DNA of 64,000 nt from Eledone cirrhosa. Its lineage: Eukaryota. Both the position numbers and the translations under genes were made by a program. Each line of letters opens with the position of its first letter. The first letter of the stretch is position 1. The stretch covers positions 318,308,001-318,372,000 of the forward strand of contig OZ024741.1 of NCBI GenBank assembly GCA_964016885.1, read 5' to 3'. The notes beneath the pieces are model-generated. The model ran no database searches. It was not told the DNA's origin and was given only the letters and a program-made list of their open reading frames with translations. Below are positions 1 to 13,830 of this stretch, piece by piece.

Positions 1-437
1 AAAATCCATAATTGGTCAAATCATTGGTCGGGTGAAGCAATTTAAATATTTAGTCGGTTATATTCCAGAAAGCAAGGATGATTTTAATGTAAGGAAAGGG
101 TTGGCACGGGTTGCAATAAACCAGCTAGACCAAATATAGAAGTCTAACATTGACAAAAGACTGAAACTTAGATTTTTCACAGCCTGAGTAGAAAGTATTC
201 CGCTAGACAACCCTCAAAACTTGAACATAGAAATAAAAATTGAGAACAATTTTTAACATCAGCTGGAGGGATCATATAACCAACAGAAAACTGTACCAGG
301 CCTGTCACGGTTATCAGCTACCATTCAACAGAGAAGATTACGCTTTGCTGGCCATTGTCACTGAACTACGGATCAACCGATTTCTAATCTTTTATTTTGG
401 TCATCATCAGGTAGTAGGCGGCGCAGAGGAACGGGAA
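1..437 (+). mobile_element. Degraded RTE-clade LINE, 3' RT fragment
   Basis: Manual translation gives VKQFKYLVGYI..DFNVRKGLA..KRLKLRFFTA*VESI, MRTIFNISWRDHITN and IQQRRLRFAGHC, typical of the RTE RT C-terminus. Contains stops and frameshifts. Confidence 0.8.
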
Positions 438-459
438 TGAATATATATATATATATACA

Positions 460-499
<40 letters not shown>

Positions 500-502
<3 letters not shown>

Positions 503-1292
503 TCTATAAAAAAAACCGTAAACTACTAAATACAACAACGCTTGCCAATAAAATCTGGCAGCTCAAAGATACAAATCAAGAATACAGGATTAACTGGTCT
601 AAATTGTCAGGGGCAATGGCCTACGACATTGGTATGTCCCACTGTAGACTTTGTAATATGGAATTATTCCATATTTTAAAATATGACAAAATGCTGCTTA
701 ACAGCAAAATTGAACGGTCAATTTTCTGTAGACATAAAACAGAAAATAAATTCGATAATTTCAAACCAACTTGATTAGACCCAACAATTCCATAATTCAA
801 ATTATACCACCTGAGTCTATTATAACCCATTATCATCATTGTTGTTATTATTGTTATTAACTGTCAATGAATCAACATCATAACCTATTATATTTTCTCT
901 CTTTCATTTTCTATCTTTTAATTTCTTTCCCTAAATATATTTCATCTCCTACATTATAACCTATCATATTATCTTCACTTCTAATATAACTTCCAATTTA
1001 TTAATTTAAATATGAATATATTTAATACTTTCATGTTTATACCATCATATCTTTATATTTTAACCACCAACACCACAACTATTTAAACCACCAATACCAT
1101 CATATATTTATATTTTAGCCACAACTATTTTCAACAATCATATTATGTTCATTTTCTTCGCACACATAACATTTATTTATTTTTTATCATCTTCGCTATA
1201 ACTTATTTATTATTATTCATTTATTATCAATACTTTTATTTTTTCTCTCTATTTTTCTTTTTCTTTATCTTTTTTCTTTATTCTTTTTATCT

Positions 1293-1387
<95 letters not shown>

Positions 1388-1636
1388 CTTTTTTTCTTTC
1401 TATCTTTTTCTTTTTCTTTCTTTATTACTGATGTTGTAATTTGAATTTTCCTAGTATATTACAAACGCCGTGAATAATTTTAAACATTTTTTCTGATGAT
1501 ATGGTTAAGCATGCATTGTATTTAAAATTGAGTGACACAACTTCAAGTGATTAGCAATTTTAAGATAACTTAACCAATGAAACAATTGTTAATACTGTAA
1601 ATAAAACCCTTTTTGTACTGTTGGCCATGTTATTCT

Positions 1637-1640
<4 letters not shown>
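500..1640 (+). mobile_element. 5'-truncated Penelope-like element (Hydra-like): GIY-YIG C-terminus plus 3' UTR/pLTR, in (TA)n
   Basis: 500-774 translates to TTLANKIWQLK..INW..AMAY..HCRLCNMEL..LLNSKIE..CRHK, homologous by eye to the endonuclease tail at 43440-43717. Flanked by (TA)n on both sides. Confidence 0.8.
1488..1595 (+). ncRNA. Hammerhead-like motif with long stem II (degenerate stem I)
   Basis: CTGATGA (1493) - TGGTTAAG...CTTAACCA stem - GAAA (1579) - palindromic CAATTG - TT. Stem I pairing is poor. Confidence 0.55.
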
Positions 1641-1685
<45 letters not shown>

Positions 1686-2544
1686 ATGTATGTATATGTA
1701 GAAAATATCCGTAGGTGTAAAAAAGGAAAACTGTTCAATCGGGGAAGGGAGCTCATATATATATATGTACATATATATATATAACAAATATATATTATAT
1801 ATATATGTATATACGCATATATAAATCCACAACCGATGTATTCCAGAGAGAAAGAAACACAGAATGAGATGAAGAATTGACCCAAGTACTGAACTGTTAT
1901 TTTAATTTATCATCCCTCCCCATCTAAACGGAAGAAAACAAAGTTGACTTCAGCGGTATTTGAACTCAGAAAGTGGGAACGAATACCGTCAAGCATTATA
2001 GCTGCCACCTAAACCACTCTGCCATTCTGCCCCCTAACTACCGCGTACATTGCTACTAAACCAGTGAGTCAGCGTGAATGAATGAGAGAGAGGAAGAGAG
2101 ACAGTGGAGTGAGGGTGAGAGAAAGAGGAAGAGAGACAGTGGGGAGAGGGGGAGAGGGGGAGAGAAAAGGAAAGTCTGAATGAAAGAGAGGACGAGAGAG
2201 AAAGTGAGAGTGAAAGTGAGAGAGTGAGTGAGAAAGAATGAGAAAGTAAGTGAGAGTGTGATAGAGAACGAGAAAGAGAGCGGGAGGGAAAGAGAGGAGT
2301 TGACTCAAGTAATAGAGTTGGAATTAAAGGTTAATGTTATAAAATCTTAATAAAAAATCATGTACTCCGTTTTACGTCCACCCTACCATGCTTTCACGGG
2401 TAAAAGAAAGGCCTGAGCTTATCTCGGTTAATAAAATATATATCCCCCATGTGTTTCAATTAATTTTGAGAATAGTAAAATAATTATAGGAATTTAATGA
2501 AATATCAAAAAGCGGCATTAGAAGTATGATTTATGCTATTCGTT

Positions 2545-2645
2545 CCGGGTCTCTGAGCTGAGTTCAAATCCCGCCGGGGTCAACTTTACTATACATCTTT
2601 TCGGGGTCGATAAAAAAGCACCAGACCAGTACTAGGGTCGATTCT
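2545..2645 (+). mobile_element. tRNA-derived SINE fragment
   Basis: GAGTTCAAATCCCGCC B-box followed by the GTCAACTTT..CGGGGTCGATAAAA body, matching the copy at 35905-36092. Confidence 0.75.
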
Positions 2646-3960
2646 TCCTCTATATTTGTTCCTCACGTCCGCTCTATCACTCTCTTTCTTTCTCCCCACC
2701 CTTCTCTTTCTCCCCTTCTCTAAAAGAAATCAGCTGTTATTCGACTTGAAGTAGAGATAGGCTACGCCAGGTTTAAAAAATGCTCAAGACAATCCGTATG
2801 TCACTATGATGCCCCAACAACTCAATCAGGAGTTACGGATTAAAAAGAAGAATAAAATAACTTATTCTTTCATAAACAATAGGAAGTTTGGAACATTACG
2901 TAACAAAGGTTTCTGGCGTAAAATTATGATTTAAATAATTATGAAGACTTTACAATAGACATTTTTGTCTCGTAGCACAAGGGGTCGGTTTCAAACATAT
3001 TGGTATCAAAATGATTAAGCAATTGAGAGTACAAGATCCACCTCACTCCCATGACAGTTCATCGTTGGGCTAATACCAAGCTGCTACTGCTGTCACTGCT
3101 GTTGCTGCTGTTACTAGTTTTCAGTTGATTGAACTGGAGTACCGTGAAAGAACACACGATGCCACCGGTTTGGGTAACGAAATCATGTCCACATGAGCAT
3201 GAGCCCAATATTGGATCACGAACCGTCGGTTATTTTCTTTATATAATGATGATATTATATGGGCATGTGGTTAGAATGTCTCAAGAAAGAATCGCTTTTT
3301 TATAGACAAACCAACCGACAAAAGGCCCAGGAGTAGAATCCGAGCAAGATGGTTGAATAACAGCCATGAGCTTGGCTGGTCACGCTTGGATCGAGCCGGA
3401 TCAGCTGGAGATGGTTGCTTCTGACAGCACACGCTGGAAGGAGTATAAAAGGACCCTGCCCCCACTACCCTCCCAGGATTAAGTGGGCGAAGAAGAGAAG
3501 AAGATACTATATGTACCATTTCCCAAAGTAATAAAGGACCACATGTTGCTAGAGTGCCACAGCTACTTCTACCTATAACTGGTACTTATTTCACTTTGTG
3601 ACAGGTGTGTTTGTGTGTGCCTGCACACGCACACACACCTACGTTTGTGTTCAGACATATGTACATATATGTTGGTGTACAATGAAGCTAGTTTAAACAT
3701 ACATATTTGTGTAATTAAATATGTAGAATATATATATTTTCATTGCAGTTATCATTGAGTAAGATGACGTATAGCGCCATGCTGCAGTACCATTGATGCG
3801 AGAAGCACTTCATGGTATCGTGATTTCGTGTATTTATTAATATATATAAAAGCACTGGTATATATATACACACAGACACACACACATTATATGTGTGTGA
3901 GTGCGTGTGTGAGAGAGTGTGTGTGTGAGTGTATGTGTGTGTGTATATATATAACTGTAG

Positions 3961-4450
3961 TTTGGTTTTGACTACCAGAAGGCTTTTGATAGTATACCAC
4001 GTGGGTGGATTATCAAGGCTTTACAGTAAGCCAAAGTTCGACAACCACTAGCAGCTGCTATCGAACGCCTAACCAAGACTTAATATACTACGTTGCTCCT
4101 TGGTGTGATAAGGAGCAAATTGAGTCAGCATTCACTATCAAACAGATATCCTTGGGGGTGGTAGCTTGTCAATGCTGCTCTTCGTCCTTTCATTAAACCC
4201 ACTATCATACCTGCTCACAAAACATAGTGGCCATAGAAATAGATTTTTTTTTTTTTTGTCGATAACCTGAAATTGCACGGTTCAAATATCAACCACATAA
4301 AAACAATTGAACCTCATTACCCAATGTTTCTACAGACATTGGAATGAAATTCGGTGAGTCTAAATGTACATTTTTGACAATAAAACGTGGAAAAGTTATA
4401 TCCATGCCTGAAAACCTAAAAATGAAGGTGTTGACGATACAACCTCTACG
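3961..4450 (+). mobile_element. Relic of an R4/Dong-like non-LTR RT
   Basis: Fragments translate to FDYQKAFDSIPRGWII and FSTDIGMKFGESKCTFLTIKRGKV, motifs characteristic of R4-clade RTs. Heavily disrupted. Confidence 0.65.
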
Positions 4451-4877
4451 ATAAGAAAAACGCAAGAGAAGGAGGATACCTACGGACCATTGATGAGGAG
4501 TTTCTAGATACAATATCTAAGATATACATTTAGCTTCATACTCGTCATTATTGGAGCTCCAGGTTATATACCAATCCACCTGGAGCAAAGTATAACCGAG
4601 CTTGTGTTTGTGTAGAAAGAACGTCGCTCCTTAATTCATAAGCTACAAATGGCTGTGATATCTGGAGCCTTTACAATTTGTATAACATCTTACGATTCAA
4701 CGGATAAACACTTACACAAGAGAGAACAATTTTCTTTCCTTACAACCTTGCCACCAGGAAGGTGGCCAGTAAAAAATAAACTCACAACTAAGAGAAATAG
4801 AGTATACATACATACATACATACATACATACATACATACATACATACATACATACATACATACATACATACATACAT

Positions 4878-5172
4878 GATGATGGCTGCCCCCTCGTTAT
4901 CGAGTAAGGCCATTGCACGATATAACATTATTAATTATCAATTAATGCTATCGTGCAATGTCTGTGCGTGAAGATATTTTTTTTAAAGTGTGGAAAGACT
5001 GTGCACTGAGCCAATCCCACTTTCTGAGCGACAGTAGCTATAACCCGAAAAGAAGAAAAGATCAACATCGTCGGTAACTACTGAGCCGCAGGTTTTATAT
5101 CGGAGTTATCCCAGTTTCCTGAGTTGCCTTCTAGAAGAATACCCTGACAAAGGCTAGGAGTCCTTCACTCCC
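4878..5172 (-). mobile_element. Non-autonomous retroelement, diverged relative of 5187-6048, in (ATAC)n
   Basis: Shares the terminal blocks TGGCTGCC..CTCGTT.TCGAGTA.GGCCA and TGACAAAGGCTA.G.GTC..CTCCC with 5187-5595. Flanked by (ATAC)n. Confidence 0.6.
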
Positions 5173-5186
5173 ATACATACATACAT

Positions 5187-6048
5187 GGTGGCTGCCAACT
5201 CGTTTTCGAGTACGGCCACTACTTTATATCAATGTAGGAGAACCCCTACCGATGCGTTGAACGAGTGTGACATTTTAGTCCAGCCAGCGACTTGAAAACT
5301 CTGGTACAAACACTACACATGTGACAATTACTGACACATAGCGCTGGGCCCATGGTACCATGTGATGACAAGTGCAGAGAGATCTCCAGATATAAAGCAA
5401 TGCCTGTGCCTTGAAGCTTTTATAGTGAGCAAAGGCAATGCACAAAACTAGTCCCAATCTCTTAACCAATATGATATTTACCAAAAAGAAAAACAAGTCA
5501 ACATCATTGGATACCATCAGGGTTGCAGGTGTTATTTCAGGGTTTTCCTTCTCCTAGAATTCTGCCTTGACAAAGGCTAAGGGGTCATCTCTCCCGGTGA
5601 TTTTGGATGGCCATTGACTCTTAAGAGCTCCTTTGCCCTTTGACAGGTTTTGTTTTTAGTCCTGCAGGATGTCCAAAGTCACCCTCCTCACCAAGAAACC
5701 TTGGTGGTGTTGCCAGTTTAGTCGCCAACGACCCGACCATGGGACAGGTTTTACTGGGATACATGTTACCAGTAGCACCAACTGGTGACCTGACATAAGT
5801 GAGGATCGTTTTCTCAGCGGGACGCCGCTCTGCGACCTGCGGACATCGCGCGCCATCCAGCCTGACGGGAACGGGTCGCGACGACGGATCGAAGGGGAAG
5901 TGCGTCCGATGCCGGCACCCCGCGAATCGTAACGCTGGCGAGGCGGTCGGCGGTCGACCCGTCGAAACGAGAGACCGCCGCCGACGCGATCGCCGACGAC
6001 GACGGCGCCTTCAAACAGCAGCGGACTGAGTCCCCTCGCGATCGCGGT
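5187..6048 (-). mobile_element. Non-autonomous retroelement with CpG-rich head, inserted in (ATAC)n
   Basis: 5187-5535 is the near-identical reverse complement of 10001-10345. (ATAC)n on both sides. 5800-6048 is very GC/CpG-rich. No credible ORF. Confidence 0.7.
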
Positions 6049-6099
6049 AAATACATACATACATACATACATACATACATACATACATACATACATACA

Positions 6100-6130
<31 letters not shown>

Positions 6131-6603
6131 CTGTACATTTGGGAACGCGCAACACTCAGAGTAGCAACAGAGTGTAATCTTAGTAATATAAAAGAAAAAA
6201 AAAATAATAATGAAACATGTTAATTTGGACATTTTGGTCGACTTTCTGCTACCGAACCTACGTAGATAACAAGAGCTTGTAGACTCCAATAAAAATACAA
6301 AGTTCTGTGTGGAGAGGTGGAAAGTTGCTCTATGACCACTATGCTTGCTTTGAAGGAACTACCAGAAAAAGTTTGGACACGCTGGATCAGTTAGTCTTTA
6401 GTACACACAAACATAAAACTATAGAATTACAGTGAAGCTGAGCCGGTGACCAGGTTGCAAAATGTGCGGCGAACATTTTGCATACAATGAAATAAATGAT
6501 GAAAGTAAATTAAAGCTAACAGTCTGTGTGTCTGTGTGTGCGAGGAACTAGTAAAAAGAAGCGCGCACAGAAACAATATAAATATAAATACATATATATA
6601 TAT

Positions 6604-6686
<83 letters not shown>

Positions 6687-6815
6687 TGTGGTGTGTGTAT
6701 TCGTGTGATATTTATATATATATATATATATGTGTGTGCGTGTGTGTGTGTGTGTGCGCGTTGTGGTGTGTGCATTTGTGATATATTATATATATATGTG
6801 TGTGTGTGTATGTAT

Positions 6816-6892
<77 letters not shown>

Positions 6893-7424
6893 CAACAACA
6901 AAATACAAACCAAAACTAGCCCAAAACACACCCACCCAAAGTACAGTTTTCCAGTTAAAACCACAACAGAGGGTTTAAAATGCCGAAATATTTTGTTACG
7001 CTGTATCTGATTTATTTTTTTAAGGTACGTATGTGAGGTGATGGTGGTGGTGGTGGTGTTGGTGGTGGAAATTGGGTCGCTATTGCCCACGTAGCCCCGT
7101 AGTTGTTTCCTGACACAACCTTAGATTTAACCACTTGTTAGACAAATGCATATTCCCGTCTAAAGGCCTGTAATTGCTGGTAGAGTTGTAAGGGCAACGT
7201 CGTGTCACAGGGCGTGCGTTGGGCATTTTAAGACTATCGGGCCCATCCCTTTCCGAGTCGGCACACAGCCAATAATTTCCTCAGATTTCTCCAGAGAGAG
7301 AGAGAGAGAGAGAGAGACCACGAATCACTCTATCTGACGCTCTTATGACTTTGCTAATTCTCTGTTTTATTACATTACATGTTTACGCATAAAAAAGGAA
7401 GCAAATATTGATTGTTTTTACATT

Positions 7425-7745
7425 TGGCCAGTAATTTGAATGGAAGGGGAAGTCGATTAAATTGACCCCAGTTCGTTACTGGGATGAAAGGCAAAGCTAA
7501 CCTGGGTGGGATTTAAACTCAGAACGTAAAGGGCCATAACTATATACCGCAAAGCATGTTGTCCGACGCTCTATTGATATTGCTTATCCACCGCTCTAAG
7601 GAACTAAATAATGATTTCCAGTATAGGCACAAGGCCAGTAATTTGTGGGAGAAGAAAGACGATTAAATCGATCCCCAGTACGTTACTGGTGCTTTATTTT
7701 ATCGACCCCGTAAGGATGAAAGGCAAACGTAAAGAGCCATAACTC
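7425..7745 (-). mobile_element. Two adjacent tRNA-derived SINE copies
   Basis: GGATGAAAGGCAAAG, TTTATCGACCCC and GGCACAAGGCCAG blocks shared with 55110-55305 and 62460-62720. Confidence 0.75.
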
Positions 7746-7765
7746 TATGCTAATAATAATAATAA

Positions 7766-8096
7766 TGTTTTTTTTTATTAGCTACATAGGGCTCACATTA
7801 AGATGTTAAAGACGGCACAGGACGATGCAGTGTGGGTTTGTTTGTTTTTGTGTAAAATAAAATTTATAACAGATATTAAGAAAATAAACATTTAAAAAAC
7901 AAACATAACAAATCCCCCAAAGGTGAGGAGACTTTAAGGGTCACTCGTGTAGAAATCTTACAAAGGCCATGGTCACCCTGTCCGCCAGGGCAAAGTGCCC
8001 TCTCCCAGTTGTCATCTTTCAATACTTACTGGCACACATTCAGGGCAGGCCCATTCACACCGGCCATTCTTTCCCCTGTCACCCACCTTTCCACAA
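7766..8096 (-). mobile_element. Tx1-family 3' end fragment in (TAA)n
   Basis: Minus strand encodes FVERWVT..MAGVNGPALNV, matching the ORF2 ends at 55607 and 56790. Similar 3' UTR. (TAA)n on both flanks. Confidence 0.7.
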
Positions 8097-8869
8097 AATA
8101 ATAACAATAATATGGCATTGAAATAAATACCTTACCAAATGCTACAGGTGTCTTGCTGTCCACCTGGCGTCAGAACATGCCACCGGGGCTCACTAGTACT
8201 ATCTTCCTGTCCACATCTACCACTTGGTCCACCTGTCGTCCGTATGTGCCGCCTAGTAGTGTCTCCCTCCACACTGTCAGCTCCACCTGGCGTCAGAACG
8301 TGCCACCCAGGCTGAGTACTAGATTCCGTCCTCGTCCTCGTTGTTGTTGATGTTGTCTTTACATATTCCAAAAACGTTGCTATTCACTCCAGTTCCACTA
8401 GCGATGATGACGATAGTGAAGGTGGTGGTGGTGGTGGTGGTGGTTGAAGCGGCGGTGGTATGACGGTAGTGGTAGTAGTAGTGGTTGGTGTTGTTGTTGG
8501 TGGTGGTGATGGCGGCAGTTGGGGGCGGGGGAAGGTAACATATGGTGGTGGCGATGGCGGCAGTTGGGGGTGGGTAATATATGGTGGTGTTGATGTTGAT
8601 AAGTGAAGATTCTTCCGACAACGGTAATTCCGGTAATCATATCATCAACAGCAGTAACAATGCCGCCGCCGCCGTCAGCACCACCACCACTACCACCACC
8701 ATCACTACCACCACCATCACTACTACTACTACTACTACTACTACACAGAAATGCTACAGCTGCTATTGTTGCTGTTACTGTCAGAACTGTCGTTCTTGTT
8801 TGTTTTGATTATCTATATTATTACATATACAACATTTTAACCTTTTTTTTTTTTTACTTGTGGTAGTAT

Positions 8870-9330
8870 CTCCGTCGGTTGCGACGACAAGTCTTCCAGT
8901 TGTTCCATCAACGGAACAGCCTGCTCGTGAAATTAACTTGCAAGTGACTGAGCATTCTATACACACATGTACTCTGAACGTAGCTGTCAGAGAGATTCGG
9001 TATGACACAGTATGTGACAAGGCTGGTTATTTGAATTACAGGTATAGTTCTATATTGTATTATAGTATTAGTGACTGAGCATTCCACAGGCACGTGTACC
9101 CCAAACGTAATTATCTGAGAGATTCGGAGTGACAAAGTGTGTGACAACTCTAGCCTTTTGAATATTCAGTTACAGTCAATACTGTATCATAGTGAGAACC
9201 ACTGAGCATGCCACAGACACGTGTATATTTAACGTAGTTCCTAGGAAGATTCGGTCACACAGTATGTAACAAGGCTGGCACTTTGGTATTACAGGTACAA
9301 GTCATTTTATTTTTTCTGCCAGCTGAATGT
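8870..9330 (-). mobile_element. SINE body with internal triplication of a ~125-bp unit
   Basis: The unit ACTGAGCAT..AACGTA..AGATTCGG..CACAGT.TGTGACAAGGCTGG occurs three times. The inverse-orientation relative at 11670-11950 has one unit. Confidence 0.7.
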
Positions 9331-9711
9331 TTTTCGTAAGGTCGAAATTACAGACTGTAACCCGAATTTAGTGGTCATACTATAAAATCTCCGTAAACGC
9401 GAAATTCAGTAATTATTTATTATGTTATATATACAACATTTACGTAAGTTTACGTCAGGTCGAAATTAATGGTCGGTCATAACTTACAATCCCCGAAAGA
9501 GCTAAATTCCATAACCTGGGTTAAGCATCATAACGCGGGGTGTACCTGTACTGGCAAACAAACAACTGCATTATGCTATGTCAACAAGCTTGTGTGTGTG
9601 TGTGTGCTGTAGACACCCACTCACTTTTCTTTCGCTGTTTTCATGATATCAAACGTACATTCAGACACATTCATGTCAATCGTATGTATGTGTGTGTGTG
9701 TGTGTGAGTGT

Positions 9712-9755
<44 letters not shown>

Positions 9756-10000
9756 TTAACTTCCTTTTTCCATGCTAGCAAGGTTGGACCGGTCATCTAA
9801 GCCCAAGTCATTACTCAAGCAGAGCTACTGAACTCTCAGATGGGTCAGGAGCCCACCTCACGCTTACAAAAAAGTTTTCACGCCCCACCGACTGCATTTT
9901 CTATTGGTCCTAGTGCCAGGTAGTTAGTCCTGTCTATGTATGTATGTATGTATGTATGTATGTATGTATGTATGTATGTATGTATGTATGTATGTATGTA

Positions 10001-10345
10001 TAACACCTGCAACCCTGATGGTATCCAATGTTGACTTGTTCTTCTTTTTGGTAAATATCATCTTGGTTAAGAGAGTGGGACTGGCTTTGTGCAGTGCCTT
10101 TGCTCACTATAAAAGCTTCACGGCACAGGCATTGCGTTATATCTGGAGATCTCTCTGCACTTGTCGTCACATGGTACCAAGGGCCCAGCACTATGTGTCA
10201 ATAATTGTCACAAGTGTAGTGTTTGTACCAGAGTTTTCAAGTCACTGGCTGGACTAAAAAGTTACACTCGTTCAGCGCATCGGTAGGGGTTCTCCTACAT
10301 GGATATAAAGTAGTGGGCGTACTCGAAAACGAGTTGGCAGCCACC
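10001..10345 (+). mobile_element. 5'-truncated copy of the (ATAC)n-associated element
   Basis: Reverse complement of 5187-5535. (GTAT)n directly abuts both ends. Confidence 0.8.
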
Positions 10346-10428
10346 ATATATGTATGTATGTATATATGTATGTATGTATGTATATATGTATGTATATATA
10401 TGTATATATGTATGTATGTATATATATG

Positions 10429-10518
<90 letters not shown>

Positions 10519-10636
10519 TGTGTGTGTGTAATGAAAACACGTTCTTTTCGTGTATTTTCAAGAGCCCGAAAACAAATTTCCTTGAGCTCATTAAATTATA
10601 GGGATTAACGCAAGTCCTTTACTCCGCTGCTTCATT

Positions 10637-10710
<74 letters not shown>

Positions 10711-11669
10711 CTCTATCTTTTATTCCTTCTTCATTCCTGACACCTGCACTAACCTCTTGTCTTACAACACAACAGTCGCCACACTGCACATCACACTTTC
10801 CCAGTTATTTCATCCTTCCCTCTCTTCTATTCTTATCAACACGGTTATTACCAGTGTTAGTGCCATCTCACATGGGTCACCAATCAGTACCATATCAGTA
10901 GCCAGTGGTAAATTATGTATATACCAGTGGTAGATTATGAAGTAGGGGTGGCTGAATGGGTCGCAGCCAGGAGCCCCATGCAAGTTTTAATCTGGCCCTA
11001 TCAGTAGCACAATATGAGTGACTACAGAGACTGCTGTTATTGGTAGAAGGCTGTTGCATACTGATTGGTGTGTAGTAGCATCAATAGTATCGATACAGCA
11101 GACAGCCGATCGATCAGTCGAGCGAGAGGAATATGTGATCGGCTCACTCTCACAATTAGTATCATTCATCTATCATTTATCTTCAGATCTTTTTCCTAAT
11201 CTCTTCTATCTCATTCCCTCAACTAGTGCTGTTTTATATTGTCATAACTAAATGTATATTTATTATACATAAACATACTGTATATAGGACCATATATACA
11301 GTACATCTTTGTTCTGAATGGCAGTCATATAACTGTTTCTACTTTAGGCACAAGGCCAGCAATTACCCAGTGCATTACTGGTACTTTATTTTATCGACCC
11401 CGTAAGGATGAAAGGCAAAGTCAACCTCGGAAATGGCAGTCATATAACACCAGTTTAAAATAGAGCGTGACTAAATGTATATTTATTATACATAAACATA
11501 CTGTATATAAGACAATATACACCTTTATTCTGTATTAGTGTGGTATTGCATGATCACAGCTTACGTGAGACTAAATGTATGTTTTTTTTTATACATAAAC
11601 ATGCTGTATATAGGGCCATATACACATATATTCTTTACCATTACTGTAATCTTATATGACAACAGTGAA

Positions 11670-11950
11670 AGCGCGTGGCTTTGTGGTTAAAGTATTTGGC
11701 TGACGATCGTAAGGCAGTGAATTCGATTTATTCTACGTTGCTCCAGTCCTCTCATCTGGCAACATTTAGTTGTACCTGTAACTGGAAGGACCAGTCGTGT
11801 TACATTCTGTGTCACGCTGAATCTCCATGAGAACTACGTTAAGGGTACGCGTGTTTGTGGAATGCTCAGTCACTTACACGCTAATTCTACGAGCAGACTG
11901 TTCCGTTGATTGAATCAACAGGAATAATTGTCGTCGTAACTGACGGAGTG
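11670..11950 (+). mobile_element. tRNA-derived SINE (second family)
   Basis: A-box-like TGGCTTTGTGG and B-box-like GAATTCGATT head. Body is homologous to 8870-9330. Confidence 0.7.
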
Positions 11951-12638
11951 CTATTGCTATATACCACAACTTAACCTACATCGAACCTAAATGTTAAGTT
12001 TATTATACATAAAAACACTTAATTCCGAATTAGTGTGATATACCAACAGCTTAAAATATTCACAGCATGACTACATGTATTATACCCCGCCGAGGTTACC
12101 TTTGCCTTTCATCCATACGGGCTCGATAAAATAAAACACCAGTAATACACTGGAATAATTGCTGGCCCTGTGCCAAAAGTAGAAACAATTATATATGGGC
12201 CAGTACAGAGCAGCCGCCTGGACATTTAGCACCTTACATTAGCCCTAAAATGTGCGCCCTATTCTCCCAGTTATGTGCCCCATTCTTCCAAATAAAATAA
12301 TTTCAACTTACAATTAGGGTAAGGTGACAAACCTATTTTTTGACACTTCTTGTTCTGAGCACACTAAGAAAATTACTAAGCCTACACAGTTGAGATTCAT
12401 CCATGCTAAATCACAAGACAGGTCATAACACCATATGGCCCTCTCCCCAGTGTTGTTATGTAGCAAAGTTATTTAGTGATTGATTTTTTATCACAGATAA
12501 TTATATATACGGGCATATATAATTATACAAATTTGTATAAAACTTTGATCCTTTTAAGGTTCAGTAATGCACCTCTGAGGTCTGCACCCAGGGCGGCTGC
12601 CTATTTCACCGTAATACTAGGGCCTGTCCAGCTGCTGA

Positions 12639-12679
<41 letters not shown>

Positions 12680-13579
12680 TATGTGCTGTACTGCATCCCC
12701 CACAACAAGCAAATGTAGTTATTACCAGTGACGATAATGACGATTTGGCAGAGTTGGTAGAACGTCAGATAGAATATCGTGTGATATCTGATCAGGCTCT
12801 GAGTTCAAATCCCGACGAGTTCAACATTGCTTTTCATCATTTCAGGTGTATTGATGTTGATTCTTCCTATATCTTGCTCTCTTTCTCTCTCTTTCCCTCT
12901 CTTTCTGTTTTCTAGCTCCTCTCTCCCTTTCGAAGAAGAAGAATAAAAATGATGATGACGAAGAAGAAGAAATCCATTGTTTTGACCTGGAGAGGGATGA
13001 ACCCTGTCAGGTTTAAATGCCTAAATCAAGACACTATATATAATAACAGTGCCCCTACTACTGAATCAGGAATTCAGCGCCATAGCTGGAGAATGTCTTT
13101 TAGCTTCTATTCTGTTCCGGCTCTAAGCGCTGCCTGCCCTGGGCTCAAATCCCACCGAGGTGATCTTTAACTTTCACCCTTTCGGAATCGATAAAATAAT
13201 TCAACGATATTTTCCGAGCTCATATGCTCAAAGCCGCCTAAGATGCGAGCCCAGTGTATGTCACTAGTTCTTTAGTCAGGAGTAAAATTGGAGTAAGGGA
13301 CATAGTTTGACCAGACGTGAAAACAAACTCGATGTCGTTTGTACAGGAATACTTGAAGTTCTGTACCATTGCCACTGAGTTTCATCTGCCTAAAGCCAGC
13401 GTTCATCGAGGCGAGACACCTTCATAAATATCTTACGGCGTTTAATTTGTCTAATTGACAAACACAATCTATTTTTGCTTGCAGAGGACCGTAAAGACAG
13501 ACTTAGTTCATAAAACGGCTAAACTTACAGAACAATATTTGGTTAATTGCTAGTCACACACAATCTATTGTTGGTTCAG

Positions 13580-13830
13580 CCACAGAGAAGATATGCCTAC
13601 AAAATTGCTTATAATTTACAATTTAATACAGATTGCCAAGGAAATTGGAGACAAAACTGCTGCAGGGCATTTTGGACCAATTCCAACTGGGAAAATTGTC
13701 CGTGATTGGCGGAAAGTAGAGGTATAACAACGGTAAGAAGAGAAATCAAAGCACAGCCTTCTCACAAAATAATTTTTGAAATGTGTGATAGCTGAAACAA
13801 GAAGAGGAGCTGGGGGTTTGATAAAAAGAA
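13580..13830 (+). mobile_element. pogo/Tigger-like transposase N-terminal relic
   Basis: IAKEIGDKTAAGHFGPIPTGKIVRDWRKVE resembles the Brinker-type DNA-binding domain of pogo transposases (AAxxFG..VRDWRK). Confidence 0.6.

Noticed and set aside
5799-6155. Arg/Ala-rich ORFs over the GC-rich patch
   Set aside because: They are open on both strands because of high GC and the adjacent microsatellite. No recognisable domain.
8132-8866. Thr/Pro/His-rich ORFs and a 123-bp-spaced duplication
   Set aside because: These are trinucleotide low-complexity tracts (GGT, CAC, TAC) with no splice or domain evidence.
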